From an uncultured Bacteroidota bacterium (GTDB taxonomy: Bacteria > Bacteroidota > Bacteroidia > UKL13-3): a DNA stretch of 64,000 nt. Location of the stretch: positions 3,420 to 67,419 of the forward strand of contig CAIUQQ010000216.1 in assembly GCA_903901345.1 (NCBI GenBank), in the 5' to 3' direction. A model generated the notes under the pieces. It did no database searches. It was not told where the DNA came from and was given only the letters and a program-made list of their open reading frames with translations. Shown here piece after piece: positions 10,461 through 21,597 of this stretch (positions are counted from its first letter, which is position 1; every line of letters starts with the position of its first letter). The position numbers were made by a program, and so were the translations under genes.

Positions 10461-11171
10461 ATGAAAAAAATTCTTTATTTTGCTTCTATAGTTTCTTTAG
10501 CAACAATAATATTTTTTGCTTGTAAAAAAGAAACAATTCAACCAGCAACTGAAAAGTCAATCGTTGAAAACAGCATTGAAAGCAATGTTGTTAATGATGT
10601 TTCATTGAGTAGTTCTTTTCATAACCAACCCATATCATTAGGACAAATTATTAATGTGGGTAATTATCGAACACAAACTCAAGCAGGTTGGGGAGCAGTT
10701 TCAAATGGTAATAATGCAGGTGTTTATTTGCAAGAGCATTTCTCTTCTGTGTTTCCTACAGGTTTAACTATAGGCTGTAGCAGTGGTTTTACAATAAAAC
10801 TAACTAGTGCTTCGGCCATTACTAATTTTTTACCGCAAGGCGGTTCACCTGAGGCATTAATAGCGTCTTCTACTGATGTTAGTAATGTAAATAATTTGTT
10901 TGCTGGGCAGGTAGTTGCGCTGAGTTTATCAGTTTCATTCGATCAAAATATACCCAACTTCGGAACCTCAAAAAGCACTCTTTCATCTTTAGTAATTACT
11001 TCAGGAGATTTTATGGGGTGGACCGTAGGTCAATTATTAAACGAAGCAAATAGAGTGCTTGGCGGTTGCCAATCTAATTATACATTATCTCAATTAAATT
11101 TAGCTGTAACAAACGTTAATGAAAATTTTGACAATGGAACAACTGTTGGAACTTTTTTAACTTCTCATTAA
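10461..11171 (+). CDS. Hypothetical lipoprotein (Ser/Thr/Asn-rich)
   Basis: Signal peptide plus lipobox (IIFFACKKE) starting from the internal Met MKKILYF. No recognisable family. Confidence 0.5.
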   Translation: MKKILYFASIVSLATIIFFACKKETIQPATEKSIVENSIESNVVNDVSLSSSFHNQPISLGQIINVGNYRTQTQAGWGAVSNGNNAGVYLQEHFSSVFPTGLTIGCSSGFTIKLTSASAITNFLPQGGSPEALIASSTDVSNVNNLFAGQVVALSLSVSFDQNIPNFGTSKSTLSSLVITSGDFMGWTVGQLLNEANRVLGGCQSNYTLSQLNLAVTNVNENFDNGTTVGTFLTSH

Positions 11172-11232
11172 TAGTCATTAGATTTTTTTAAATAATAAAT
11201 GGTTACGTTATTGCGTAACCATTTTTGTTTAA

Positions 11233-12141
11233 CTACGAATACTGAAACACGATATCCAAATATGCTTTTAGCTTTTCTAAATCTGTTGGTTCAAACGATT
11301 CAAAATCTCCTTGATGATTAAACCACGTTAATTGGCGTTTCGCATAACGCCTAGTGTTTTGCTTTATTAAATTAACTGCTTCTTCCAGCGAAGTTTTTCC
11401 TTCAATCACATCAAATAACTCCTTATAACCAACTGTATTTAAAGCGTTAAGCTGTTTGAACGGATGCAATTCCTTTACTTCATTCATCAATCCTTGTTGC
11501 ATCATCATATCCACCCGATTGTTTATTTTAGCATATAATGCTTCTCGATTGGTATTTATTAAAATAGGAAAAATATCAAAGGAACGCTCTTTTTTTTTGT
11601 TTGTTCTGAACTGAGAAAAAGGTTTATTCGTGTAAATACACACTTCTAAAGCACGCATCAAACGTTGCGGATTATTTAAGTCAACTTGCCCGTAATATGC
11701 TTCATCTCTCAGTTTCAATTGCTCCTGCAAATACACAAGGCCTTTTTCCTCAAAGTCTTTAATTAATCCTTCTCTTATATGGGATGGAATTTCTTCAAAC
11801 TCGTCCACTCCATTCATAATGGCATTAATGTATAAGCCTGAACCGCCAACCACAATTAATTTTTCGTGTACATTAAACAAGCTTTCAATTTGCTGAATTG
11901 CATCACGTTCGTATTGTCCAACATTATAAGTATGCTGTATACTAATATGATCAACAAAATAATGAGGAACATCTTGCATTTCCGCAACAGTTGGTTTAGC
12001 AGTGCCAATACTCATCTCTTTATAAAACTGACGAGAATCAGCCGAAATAACCGGACAACCATAGTTTTTTGCAAGCTCTATTGCTAAAGCAGTTTTTCCA
12101 ACGGCAGTAGGTCCTGCAATGATGATGAGATTTTTTTTCAA
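11233..12141 (-). CDS. miaA: tRNA dimethylallyltransferase
   Basis: N-terminal P-loop IIIAGPTAVGKTALAIELA, followed by ...ISADSRQFYKEMSIGTAKPT..., the canonical MiaA signature. Length about 300 aa. Confidence 0.9.
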   Translation of the reverse strand: MKKNLIIIAGPTAVGKTALAIELAKNYGCPVISADSRQFYKEMSIGTAKPTVAEMQDVPHYFVDHISIQHTYNVGQYERDAIQQIESLFNVHEKLIVVGGSGLYINAIMNGVDEFEEIPSHIREGLIKDFEEKGLVYLQEQLKLRDEAYYGQVDLNNPQRLMRALEVCIYTNKPFSQFRTNKKKERSFDIFPILINTNREALYAKINNRVDMMMQQGLMNEVKELHPFKQLNALNTVGYKELFDVIEGKTSLEEAVNLIKQNTRRYAKRQLTWFNHQGDFESFEPTDLEKLKAYLDIVFQYS

Positions 12142-12311
12142 AATGGTGTTTAAACTTATTAATGTGTAAATACAAAGATATCAGTAAAAGGGAATTTTTA
12201 TAAAAAAAACAGTTCAATTAAGTTTTGGGATTGAATTTGCCACTTCGTGAAAGTTTGTTATTTTTATAAAGCTAAAAAGTCTTTTAGAGAAATTACGTTA
12301 GCGACCATCTT

Positions 12312-12974
12312 ATGTCAACATTGCAAACATTTAACCTATTATTAATATTCGGACTTGTTTCGTGTAATATGACAGAAAGAAATTCTGAAAAGATAACGAG
12401 AAATGAAGATTTTAAGTCAAATCAAAAAGTTAAGGACACAACCTTAATTATCAAAACAACTACTGATACTCAAACGATTATTAAAATGGTAGATACCTTA
12501 TTAATAAGTCATTTACCATCAAATAAAAAAATAAATAAAAAATACGAAGATCCTATTGAAGTTTTATCAACTAATTTTAATGATCCCTCAAATTATATTA
12601 TTCCAGGATTTGTTAGAAATACTTTTACAAGAAGCAATGATTATATAAACTTTACAAGAATTGTTAAAAATGAAGAGGATAAAAGAATTGGTTGTAGTGG
12701 TGGAGGAAATAGTTTATCATTTTCTGTAAAAACCTTAAGAGATACATTTCTATTTGAAAACGAAATGCTGAAAACCTTAAATTTTAAATATAATATTGAA
12801 GGTGGAATTTATTGGGAGAATTCAGTGAGTCCAAATAAAGGAAAAATAAAAGGGGTTTTATTGTTAGACAAGTCTTGGCAAATAGAAATTGATTTATGGA
12901 TAAAAACGAGAGATATGCAGAATAACCGAGAGTATGAAAGACGCATAACATTAAATGAAAAATTCACTCAGTAA
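12312..12974 (+). CDS. Hypothetical lipoprotein
   Basis: Signal peptide plus lipobox (LVSCNMTE). No recognisable domain. Confidence 0.45.
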   Translation: MSTLQTFNLLLIFGLVSCNMTERNSEKITRNEDFKSNQKVKDTTLIIKTTTDTQTIIKMVDTLLISHLPSNKKINKKYEDPIEVLSTNFNDPSNYIIPGFVRNTFTRSNDYINFTRIVKNEEDKRIGCSGGGNSLSFSVKTLRDTFLFENEMLKTLNFKYNIEGGIYWENSVSPNKGKIKGVLLLDKSWQIEIDLWIKTRDMQNNREYERRITLNEKFTQ

Positions 12975-13117
12975 CCAATTTGTATAATTAACTTAAATGT
13001 AGCAGTTAATAAGAACTTAAAAAAACAATCAACTTCTTTTTTTGAAAAACGTAAACTGAAATTTTATATACTATTTTAGCTTGATTTTAAGTCTTAAATT
13101 TATAGAAATAATCTCAT

Positions 13118-13855
13118 CTATAATTCATCTTCTTTTTCGCCATCAACCCATCTTTGCATCATTACACGCTCAGATGGAGGTTGGTGTGTTCCACCTGCCA
13201 AAATATCTAAAAATCTATCCCAAAGATTTTTATCCTTATTAAACTCCTTTTTTAGTTCCTTTACAGCACTCAAATATTCATTCTCGTATTTATCTGCCTC
13301 TTCAAATGTAAAATCATCAGGAATATGACTTGCAACAACTTGGGTAATCTCATCTAACTCTTTTGGAGTATACTTTTCAATCATTTGAAGTTCAATTTTA
13401 CAAGCCTCAGCAAGCGAAACAATTAAAGGCATTACAGTATCTTCAAAATTACAAACGTCTTTTTCCCAATGTTTATGAGCATTCTCAGGAAGTATATCGT
13501 ATCCAAGTTTTTCGGCAAATCTATAAGACTTTTTCAATTTGTTTTCATACATATCAAATTGCTGCCATAATTCTTTTGAATTTGTTCTCTCTTTTCCTTC
13601 TATTTTCTTTTGAAATAAACTTAAAATTTTGTTGATTGATTTAATGGAATCACTAACATCTTTCTGACTCACTTTCCACATTTCAACTTCGTCTTTCTTA
13701 CAATTTGTTTCAATTATTGATAATGCATTGGAATTTAGCCTATCAAATTCCTCCTGAATTTTTTTTAACTGTTCATACTGTTTTTCAAAAGCATTATGAA
13801 AATTCCTAACAGACAATAAAGCTCTTAGTTTTGAATTATACCCATATTTTTCCAT
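13118..13855 (-). CDS. Hypothetical cytoplasmic coiled-coil protein
   Basis: 245-aa ORF, charged and helical, with no signal peptide. No family recognised. Confidence 0.45.
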   Translation of the reverse strand: MEKYGYNSKLRALLSVRNFHNAFEKQYEQLKKIQEEFDRLNSNALSIIETNCKKDEVEMWKVSQKDVSDSIKSINKILSLFQKKIEGKERTNSKELWQQFDMYENKLKKSYRFAEKLGYDILPENAHKHWEKDVCNFEDTVMPLIVSLAEACKIELQMIEKYTPKELDEITQVVASHIPDDFTFEEADKYENEYLSAVKELKKEFNKDKNLWDRFLDILAGGTHQPPSERVMMQRWVDGEKEDEL

Positions 13856-14461
13856 GTTTACCTGATTTTTATAAAAGTGTTAACTAATAATTTATACCAA
13901 AGTCCCTATTTTATCAGTTAATTACAATGATATTTATCATTCTTTTAAAAAATAAAAATTACACAGTTGATAAAATAATAAATGACAATAAAATCATATA
14001 TTAATAAAATTATAACGAAGTGGATGTAAAAAAAACAGAAACAAAATCAAATTATTTATTTTCACCAACTTCATTATACTAGGACGGATATAATAGAGAA
14101 AAAAATGTTGGCTAAAAAAACTCTTATCATAACTACTAATGACCTAATGAACGACAAAAATTTGTAATGCCTAAATTGAGCCATTTGATTTGCAAGGTTA
14201 TTAAATGACACTAAAACAGAAACTCTTACAAATCATATTAAATTTTTGATTGATGAAAAAAATGGGAGAATTTGTTTGGAATAAAATAGAATATAAATGC
14301 TTAATCTAAATTCATTTTAAGCACTATAAGAATAAAAATAGTAATAAAAACCAAAATTCGGTGTACTTTATTTTACCACTTACCATATAAATTTTCCGTT
14401 TTTGTATATCTATTCAAATGCAAGTAATTTTAATTAAATTTGGGCATAATTTTATTGAACT

Positions 14462-15880
14462 ATGAAATATATTATATTTAGTGTTTTATTTATTGGGCTA
14501 ACTCAAATTCATTTTGCTCAAAGCAGTGAGTGGGATTTACAAAAGTGCATTGATCAAGCGCAAAAACACAATATTTCCCTTAAACAATCGGAAATATCTA
14601 CACAAATTAATAAGAACAATTCTATTCAAAGCGAAGCTGCAATTTTACCAACATTGAATGCATTTGGTCAACATAACTATAACTTCGGTAAAACAATTGA
14701 TAGATATACCAATACCTTTGCCAACTCTCAGGTTTTATCTCAAAACTTTTATCTATCAAGTAATGTAGTTCTTTGGTCTGGATTAGCACAATTTAATAAT
14801 ATCAAAGCAACTAGATATCAGTATTTAGCTAGTACTGAAAATTACTTGCAACAAAGAAATGATTTGGCTTTAAACGTTGCTACTTCTTATATTAATGTTA
14901 TTTTTTCTGATGAAATTTTACAAATTGCCAGAGCCTCTTATAAATTAACGCAAGAGCAATTATCTCGTACAGAAAAACTAGCAGAAGTTGGTACAGTTGC
15001 TAAAAGCGCTGTTTATGATATCAAGGCTCAATTAGCAAATGATGATGTAACTGTTACTAATGCTGATAATAATTATCAAATCGCTATGCTGACCTTAAAA
15101 CAATTATTGAATTTAGATACATTGAATAATTTTTCCATTGCTCGACCAAATGTTGATGTTTTGAATAATGAATTAGCCTTAACCTCTGTTCAAAATATTT
15201 ATGAAACTGCTCTTAAAAATCAACACTCTATTAAAAGTGCTAATTATAATTTACTAGCATCGGAAAAAACATTAAATGTTGCGAGAGGTAAAGTAAGTCC
15301 AACGTTAAGCGCTACTGGATCTATAGGAACAGGAACTTCTGAATTAAATAAACGTATTGTAAGTTCTAATATTGTTGGTGTTACTCCAGTCGCTGCAACT
15401 TTAGATGGTGCAACAGTTGTTTATCAACCTGAATATTCTTTTGTAACAGAAAAAAAGCCATTTGCTGATCAATTTAGTGAAAACGTAAATAAGAGTATTG
15501 GTTTTACTTTAAATGTGCCTTTATTTAATGGTTTGCAAACTTATACAGGAGTTAAAAATGCAAAATTGAATGTATTAAATGCAAAGTATAGTCAGGATTT
15601 AGTTGAACAAAATTTATATAAAACTATAGCGCAAGCATTTGCAAATTCTAAAGCTGCGCTTAATAAATATAATGCTAACAAAGTATCTGTTGAAGCATCA
15701 GAGCAATCGTTTATGTATGCTCAACAAAAATTTAATGTTGGTGCTATTAGTACGTTTGATTATAATAGTGCTAAAACTCGTTTACAAAATGCACAAAGTA
15801 ATTTGGTTCAAGCTAAATATGATTATGTATTTAAACTAAAAGTATTAGACTATTATCAAGGTAAAGAATTGAAGTTTTAA
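14462..15880 (+). CDS. TolC-family outer-membrane efflux channel
   Basis: Signal peptide. Two internal repeats of the long alpha-helical/beta-barrel architecture (QIAMLTLKQLLNLD..., ...FDYNSAKTRLQNAQSNLVQAKYDY). Typical size of about 470 aa. Confidence 0.85.
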   Translation: MKYIIFSVLFIGLTQIHFAQSSEWDLQKCIDQAQKHNISLKQSEISTQINKNNSIQSEAAILPTLNAFGQHNYNFGKTIDRYTNTFANSQVLSQNFYLSSNVVLWSGLAQFNNIKATRYQYLASTENYLQQRNDLALNVATSYINVIFSDEILQIARASYKLTQEQLSRTEKLAEVGTVAKSAVYDIKAQLANDDVTVTNADNNYQIAMLTLKQLLNLDTLNNFSIARPNVDVLNNELALTSVQNIYETALKNQHSIKSANYNLLASEKTLNVARGKVSPTLSATGSIGTGTSELNKRIVSSNIVGVTPVAATLDGATVVYQPEYSFVTEKKPFADQFSENVNKSIGFTLNVPLFNGLQTYTGVKNAKLNVLNAKYSQDLVEQNLYKTIAQAFANSKAALNKYNANKVSVEASEQSFMYAQQKFNVGAISTFDYNSAKTRLQNAQSNLVQAKYDYVFKLKVLDYYQGKELKF

Positions 15881-15963
15881 AACTATTTGCTCTTTCATAT
15901 AATTATATACATATTAATATTTAAACAAAACGCTGAATACTCTGCGAATAATAAAACTAAAAA

Positions 15964-17310
15964 ATGAAAAAACTATATTGGATTATTGGAATTTGTGTTG
16001 CTCTATTAACAGGCGTTATTTCTTACAAATTTATGAAAGGTGAAAAGCCAACGGATGTTACTACAGAAAAAGCAGCTAAGCGAAATATTATTGAAACGGT
16101 TTCTGCTAATGGAAAAATACAACCTGAAGCCGAATTAAAAATCACCTCAGATGTTTCAGGCGAGATCGTTGAAATGCTTGTGAAAGAAGGTGAACAAGTG
16201 CAGAAAGGACAATTACTTTGCCGTATCAAACCTGATATTTATGAAAGTGCATTTGAACGTGTTAATGCTACAGTTAATAGCTCGAAAGCTAATTTAAAAA
16301 CAACGATTGCTCAATTGGAGCAAGCTAAAGCTAATTTAGCTAATGCAGAGGCTTCTTATGCTAGAAGTAAAAAATTATTTGATCAAAATGCTATTTCTCA
16401 GCAAGAGTTTGATGCATCAAAAGCAACTTTTGAATCTTCTAAAGCAAATGTAGATGGGATTAAAGAAAGTATCAATGCTGCTGACTATAACGTAAAAAGT
16501 GTTGAGGCATCTTTAAAAGAAGCAAATACTAATTTAGATAAAACAAAAATTTATGCACCGGTTGATGGAACTGTTTCTAAATTAAATGTAGAAAAGGGAG
16601 AAAGAATAGTTGGTGTACAAGGCTTGCAAGGAACAGAAATATTACGTTTAGCTAACTTAAACGAAATGGAAGTAAGTGTAGAAGTGAATGAAAATGATAT
16701 TATTCGTATTCATAAAAATGATACGGCCCTCATTGAAGTTGATGCTTATATAGGTAAAAAATTTAAAGGTATTGTGACAGAAGTAGCTAATTCAGCTAAT
16801 ACCGTTGGCGTTTCTGTTGATCAGGTAACAAATTTTGTAGTAAAAATTAGAATATTGAGAGAGTCTTATGCTTATTTAATTTCAGAGGTAAATTCAGCAC
16901 CTTTCAGGCCAGGTATGAGTGCTAGTGTTGAAATACAAACAAGTAGAGCTAAAGATATCATTACAGTCCCTATTCCAGCTGTAACAACACGTAATGCAGA
17001 CACAACAAAAACAAAAGAACTTAACCGCGATGAAGAGCCCGAAATGACTGTTGTAGATGAAAAACAAGAAAAATTAAATAAGAAACAAGAAGAAATTAAA
17101 GAATGTATATTTATCAATAGAAATGGAATTGCTAAAATGGTTTATGTTACCACTGGCGTGCAGGATGATGATTATATTGAGATAAAAAGTGGTATCAAAA
17201 TAGGTGATGAAGTTATTTCAGGTCCTTACGGTGCGGTTTCAAAATTATTGAAAGACGGCAGTAAAATAACCATCGTGGATAAGGATAAATTGTTTACAGA
17301 AAAAAAATAA
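15964..17310 (+). CDS. Efflux periplasmic adaptor subunit (HlyD/MFP family, MacA-like)
   Basis: N-terminal TM anchor, biotinyl-lipoyl-like half-motifs, a long coiled-coil hairpin (LEQAKANLANAEASYARSKKLF...), and a C-terminal beta-barrel domain. Confidence 0.85.
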   Translation: MKKLYWIIGICVALLTGVISYKFMKGEKPTDVTTEKAAKRNIIETVSANGKIQPEAELKITSDVSGEIVEMLVKEGEQVQKGQLLCRIKPDIYESAFERVNATVNSSKANLKTTIAQLEQAKANLANAEASYARSKKLFDQNAISQQEFDASKATFESSKANVDGIKESINAADYNVKSVEASLKEANTNLDKTKIYAPVDGTVSKLNVEKGERIVGVQGLQGTEILRLANLNEMEVSVEVNENDIIRIHKNDTALIEVDAYIGKKFKGIVTEVANSANTVGVSVDQVTNFVVKIRILRESYAYLISEVNSAPFRPGMSASVEIQTSRAKDIITVPIPAVTTRNADTTKTKELNRDEEPEMTVVDEKQEKLNKKQEEIKECIFINRNGIAKMVYVTTGVQDDDYIEIKSGIKIGDEVISGPYGAVSKLLKDGSKITIVDKDKLFTEKK

Positions 17311-17315
17311 ATTCG

Positions 17316-17996
17316 TTGCCATATATTTTACACATAGAGTCAACATCAACTGTATGTTCAGTTGCATTATCTGATAGCGACCAATTATTGACAATTAAAG
17401 AGTTAAATAATGGTTATACGCATGCTGAAAATTTACATCTATTTATTCAAGATGTTTTATTAGAGGCTTGTATTGAAGCAAAACAACTTAGTGCAATTTC
17501 TGTTAGTACTGGTCCTGGTTCATATACAGGTTTACGAATAGGATACGCTTCAGCTAAAGGATTAGCTTACGCCTTGAATATTCCTTTAATTAGTGTGAGC
17601 ACCCTACAAGCCTTAACAACTTTAGCAATAGAGCAAACAAAAGCTGATGCATTGTACTGCCCTATGATAGATGCTAGGCGAATGGAGGTTTATTATGCAC
17701 TCTATAACAAGTCTCTTAAAGAAGTTCTTCCCGTAAATCCATTAATATTATCAGAAGAAAGTATAAAGCAATTTAATATAGATAAACCTATTTATTTTTT
17801 TGGCGATGGTATGCCTAAAGCAAAAGAATTACTAATCACATTGTCATCCGCATTTTTTATAGAAAATATAGTTTCCAGCGCAAAAGCATTAATTCCATTT
17901 GCTTATCAAAAATTTGTTCAGCAAGATTTTGACGATATAGCATATGCAGAACCTATGTATTTGAAAGAATTTTATTTTGCTGTGTCTAAAAAATAA
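17316..17996 (+). CDS. tsaB: tRNA threonylcarbamoyladenosine biosynthesis protein TsaB (YeaZ)
   Basis: ILHIESTSTVCSVAL...GPGSYTGLRIGYASAKGLAYALNIPLISVSTL is the Kae1/YeaZ ASKHA-fold signature. Length about 226 aa. Confidence 0.85.
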   Translation: MPYILHIESTSTVCSVALSDSDQLLTIKELNNGYTHAENLHLFIQDVLLEACIEAKQLSAISVSTGPGSYTGLRIGYASAKGLAYALNIPLISVSTLQALTTLAIEQTKADALYCPMIDARRMEVYYALYNKSLKEVLPVNPLILSEESIKQFNIDKPIYFFGDGMPKAKELLITLSSAFFIENIVSSAKALIPFAYQKFVQQDFDDIAYAEPMYLKEFYFAVSKK

Positions 17997-18012
17997 TTAG
18001 TTACTTTATAGC

Positions 18013-18882
18013 ATGAACAGTAAGATTGCTTTCGTTATTAACCCAAATGCAGGTGTAAAAAAGAAGATAAATATTCAAAATTTTATCATTGAGCATTTTC
18101 CAAAAGACATTCATTACGACTTTCTAATTTGGGAAGATAAAAATGACTTTGAAACTATTAAGCAACAAATCGTAAAAAACAACTATTCTATTTTAGTAGC
18201 TTGTGGTGGTGACGGAACTGTGAATCAAGTATCATCGGTGGTTGTTAATACTCCTATAGCTTTAGGTATTTTACCATTAGGTTCTGGTAATGGTTTAGCA
18301 CGAAGTAATAAAATCCCTATGGATTTAAAACAAGCTTTAGCTGTTATAGCAAAAGGTGCGGTTCGGAAAATCGATTCTGCCTTAATAAATGGTATTCCTT
18401 ATTTTTGCACTGCAGGTGTTGGTTTTGATGCTTTGATAGCTAATTGTTTTGCCACTAGCACCAAACGAGGCTTAGCTACTTATATTAATACAACAATTAA
18501 AGAATTTTTTAATTATAAGTCTAATCATTACTCCATTGTAGTTGATGGCGTAAAAACAAACGTCGATGCTTTTTTAATAACTATTGCAAATGCTGGTCAA
18601 TGGGGCAATGATGTTTACATAGCACCTGGAGCAAAACTAGACGATGGTTTATTAAGAGTTAGTATTTTAAAACCATTTTCAAAACGCTCTATTCCAGCTA
18701 TTGGATTAAAATTATTTTTTAAAAAAATAGATACTTCTAATCATTTTATGGCCTTAGTTGGTAAAAAAATTGAAATAGAATTTAATAACGAATTACCAGT
18801 TCATTTTGATGGTGAACCTATTTTGGTAAAAAATAAACTCAACATTGAAGTTGTTCCTTTATCATTAAATGTAGTTTGTTAA
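18013..18882 (+). CDS. Diacylglycerol-kinase-family lipid kinase (YegS/DAGK_cat)
   Basis: ACGGDGTVNQV and LGILPLGSGNGLAR motifs. Confidence 0.85.
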   Translation: MNSKIAFVINPNAGVKKKINIQNFIIEHFPKDIHYDFLIWEDKNDFETIKQQIVKNNYSILVACGGDGTVNQVSSVVVNTPIALGILPLGSGNGLARSNKIPMDLKQALAVIAKGAVRKIDSALINGIPYFCTAGVGFDALIANCFATSTKRGLATYINTTIKEFFNYKSNHYSIVVDGVKTNVDAFLITIANAGQWGNDVYIAPGAKLDDGLLRVSILKPFSKRSIPAIGLKLFFKKIDTSNHFMALVGKKIEIEFNNELPVHFDGEPILVKNKLNIEVVPLSLNVVC

Positions 18883-20147
18883 GCTGTAACTAAAAAATAC
18901 ACTAAACCAATAGCAGCTAGAGTCATCAATATTAATGTAATAAATCCTAATGTATTTGAAAGCATAGAGTTAGTATGCTCCTTCATTATTTTTTTATTAT
19001 TTGCTATATGTAAAATAATGGCAATCATAATTGGTGCTGTTAATCCATAAGAAATAGCCGAATACAATAACGCTTTAATTGGACTAATTCCAAAAAAATT
19101 GAGCGATAATCCTACTAATAAAGATATAATTATTGAAACATAAAAAGGCTTTGCTTGATTAAATTTATTATCTAATCCAGCTTGCCAACCAAAGGTTTCT
19201 GCTAACATATAAGATTGTGAGCCAACTAAAACAGGTATAGCTAACAAACCTGTTCCTAATACCCCTAATGCAAAAATTAAATATGTAAAATTACCAGTTA
19301 AAGGTTCTAAAGCTTTAGCTGCCTGATCTACCGTATCTATCTGGGTAATTCCAGCAGGAAATAAAACGCTGCCTGCTGTTAATATGATAAAGAACATTAC
19401 TAAATTTGATAGAAACATACCAATGTTAACGTCTGTCTTCATATTACTAAGAATTACTTTGTAAACAATATTTTTTTGTTTGCTATGGGCTATATCTTCT
19501 GCCTCCATAGTTGTTTGCCAAAAAAATAAATAAGGAGATATGGTCGTGCCAAGCAAGGCTACTATAATTGAAAAAAAAGCTTTATCAAATTTAAAAGTTG
19601 GAATGAATGTGTTAAAGATTACTAGACTCCAATCTTGTTTCACCATAAATGGAACTACCATATATAGCAATAAGGAAAGGCAAAGCCATTTTAAAATGTT
19701 TGCAATTTTTTGATAAGAATAATTAATAATCACGAATATAAGGATGGCAGTGAATACAATACAAAACGTATATATAGGAATTACAGGAATTAACATATTT
19801 GCCACAGCTCCCATTCCTTGAATGTCCGCCCCGATATTTAAGGTAATCGCAGGGAAACTAAAAAATAACATTGTATATAATAATGTTTTAGAATAGTGTT
19901 GTTTTAATGTGACAGTTAATCCTTGAGAAGTAACAATACCAATGCGCGCGCACATCCCTTGAACAGCTGCCATCAATGGATAAGTAAATAAGGCTGTCCA
20001 TAAGGTAGAAAGACCAAACTGAGCGCCAGCTTGAGAATAGGTAGCAATTCCAGAAGGATCATCATCACTAGCTCCTGTGATTATTCCAGGCCCTAGTTGT
20101 TTCCAAAACCGAGTAAATTTATTTGATTTTTTTTTAACTGCTTTCAT
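18879..20147 (-). CDS. Nramp-family divalent metal (Mn2+/Fe2+) transporter
   Basis: GPGIITGASDDDPSGIATYSQAGAQFG is the Nramp consensus transport motif, with 11-12 TM helices. Confidence 0.85.
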   Translation of the reverse strand: MKAVKKKSNKFTRFWKQLGPGIITGASDDDPSGIATYSQAGAQFGLSTLWTALFTYPLMAAVQGMCARIGIVTSQGLTVTLKQHYSKTLLYTMLFFSFPAITLNIGADIQGMGAVANMLIPVIPIYTFCIVFTAILIFVIINYSYQKIANILKWLCLSLLLYMVVPFMVKQDWSLVIFNTFIPTFKFDKAFFSIIVALLGTTISPYLFFWQTTMEAEDIAHSKQKNIVYKVILSNMKTDVNIGMFLSNLVMFFIILTAGSVLFPAGITQIDTVDQAAKALEPLTGNFTYLIFALGVLGTGLLAIPVLVGSQSYMLAETFGWQAGLDNKFNQAKPFYVSIIISLLVGLSLNFFGISPIKALLYSAISYGLTAPIMIAIILHIANNKKIMKEHTNSMLSNTLGFITLILMTLAAIGLVYFLVTA

Positions 20148-20247
20148 TTTAAATCGGCTTTTAAATCTAATTAAATTAAAAGCCAGAGTGAAAATAAAAT
20201 CAGTGCTATTTCTTATAATGATATGTGCTTAATATCACTATCCGTCT

Positions 20248-21468
20248 CTAATACAACTTAAAATATGCTTTGGCTTGTAGGGCAATTTCATTGCCATAAG
20301 CTAAAGAGGCAGTAGCTGCTGGAGAAGGAGAATTAATTACATGCATAGAATGTCCCTGATATTCAATTTTAAAATCATCTAACATATCGCCTTCTGGCCC
20401 TAAAGCCATCGCTCTAATACCACAACGAGCTGGTTCTATATCATCCATTTGTAAATCTGGAATAAGTTTACGCAAACGATTTAAAAAATAAGTTTTACTA
20501 AAGGCACCTCGATATTCATCTAATCCAAAACGCCAATGCTTTTTGAAAAATCTCCAAGTTCCTTTAAAACCAAATGCTTCAAAGGTATCTTTAAAACTAA
20601 ATGCTGTTTTACTATAACCTTCTCTATCAAACACAAATACGGCATTTGGTCCACACTCTACACCTCCTTTGATCATGCGCGTAAAATGTACGCCTAAAAA
20701 AGGAAATTGTGGATTAGGTACAGGATAAATTAAGTTCTTCACTTTGGCCCTACCCTTTTCTGTTAAGTCATAATAATCTCCTCTAAAACCTACAATTGCC
20801 GAATCGGTTTTTACATGATCCTTTTTTGTGATTCTGTCGGCTTGCAATCCAGCACATGAAATTAAATATTTGCAATTAAAAGTTCCTTTTTCAGTAACGA
20901 CATCTGTATTATCTCCTTTATTAATAAAATCAATCACTTTATGTTCTGTCAATACTTTGCTTCCATTGTTCTTTGAGTGTATTAATTCTACATACTTGCG
21001 CGCAACGTCTGTATAATCAATAATACCTGTGCAGGGCACCCAAATTCCGGCAATACCTTGGCAGTGTGGTTCAATTTCTTTGATGCGCTTTGCATCAATT
21101 ATTTCAATACCTTCCACTCCATTAGCAACTCCATTAGCAAAAACTTTATGCATATGAGCCAACTCGCTTTCTTCAGTAGCAACAATTATTTTACCACATA
21201 TATCATGAGGAATATCATGTGTTTTTACAAAGTCTATTAATTCTCTACGTCCTTCAACACATTTAATAGCTTTATATGAGCCTGGTTTGTAGTAGATACC
21301 CGAATGAATAACGCCTGAGTTATGTCCTGTTTGATGTGAAGCGACTTCTTTTTCCTTTTCTAAAACCAAGATAGTTTTTGTAGGGTGATGAGATTGCAGT
21401 TTGTAAGCGGTTGCTAAACCAACAATACCTCCTCCAACAATAATTATATCATAATGTGTTGTGCTCAT
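20248..21468 (-). CDS. lhgO: L-2-hydroxyglutarate oxidase (FAD-dependent)
   Basis: DIIIVGGGIVGLATA Rossmann motif. HQTGHNSGVIHSGIYYKPGSYKA is characteristic of LhgO. Confidence 0.8.
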   Translation of the reverse strand: MSTTHYDIIIVGGGIVGLATAYKLQSHHPTKTILVLEKEKEVASHQTGHNSGVIHSGIYYKPGSYKAIKCVEGRRELIDFVKTHDIPHDICGKIIVATEESELAHMHKVFANGVANGVEGIEIIDAKRIKEIEPHCQGIAGIWVPCTGIIDYTDVARKYVELIHSKNNGSKVLTEHKVIDFINKGDNTDVVTEKGTFNCKYLISCAGLQADRITKKDHVKTDSAIVGFRGDYYDLTEKGRAKVKNLIYPVPNPQFPFLGVHFTRMIKGGVECGPNAVFVFDREGYSKTAFSFKDTFEAFGFKGTWRFFKKHWRFGLDEYRGAFSKTYFLNRLRKLIPDLQMDDIEPARCGIRAMALGPEGDMLDDFKIEYQGHSMHVINSPSPAATASLAYGNEIALQAKAYFKLY

Positions 21469-21597
21469 TTTAAAAATTCTAAATTTGTCAAAAATACTAA
21501 TTTTATAGTTGAAATTTGTGAAAGTTATAAAAGTTACAAGATGTAAAAACAGTAACTTTCTAAATTTTAAATTTTATAATTTCTAAACAAATGTAAT

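Noticed and set aside
11866-12087. 73-aa ORF antisense within miaA
   Set aside because: Antisense to a confidently identified conserved gene.
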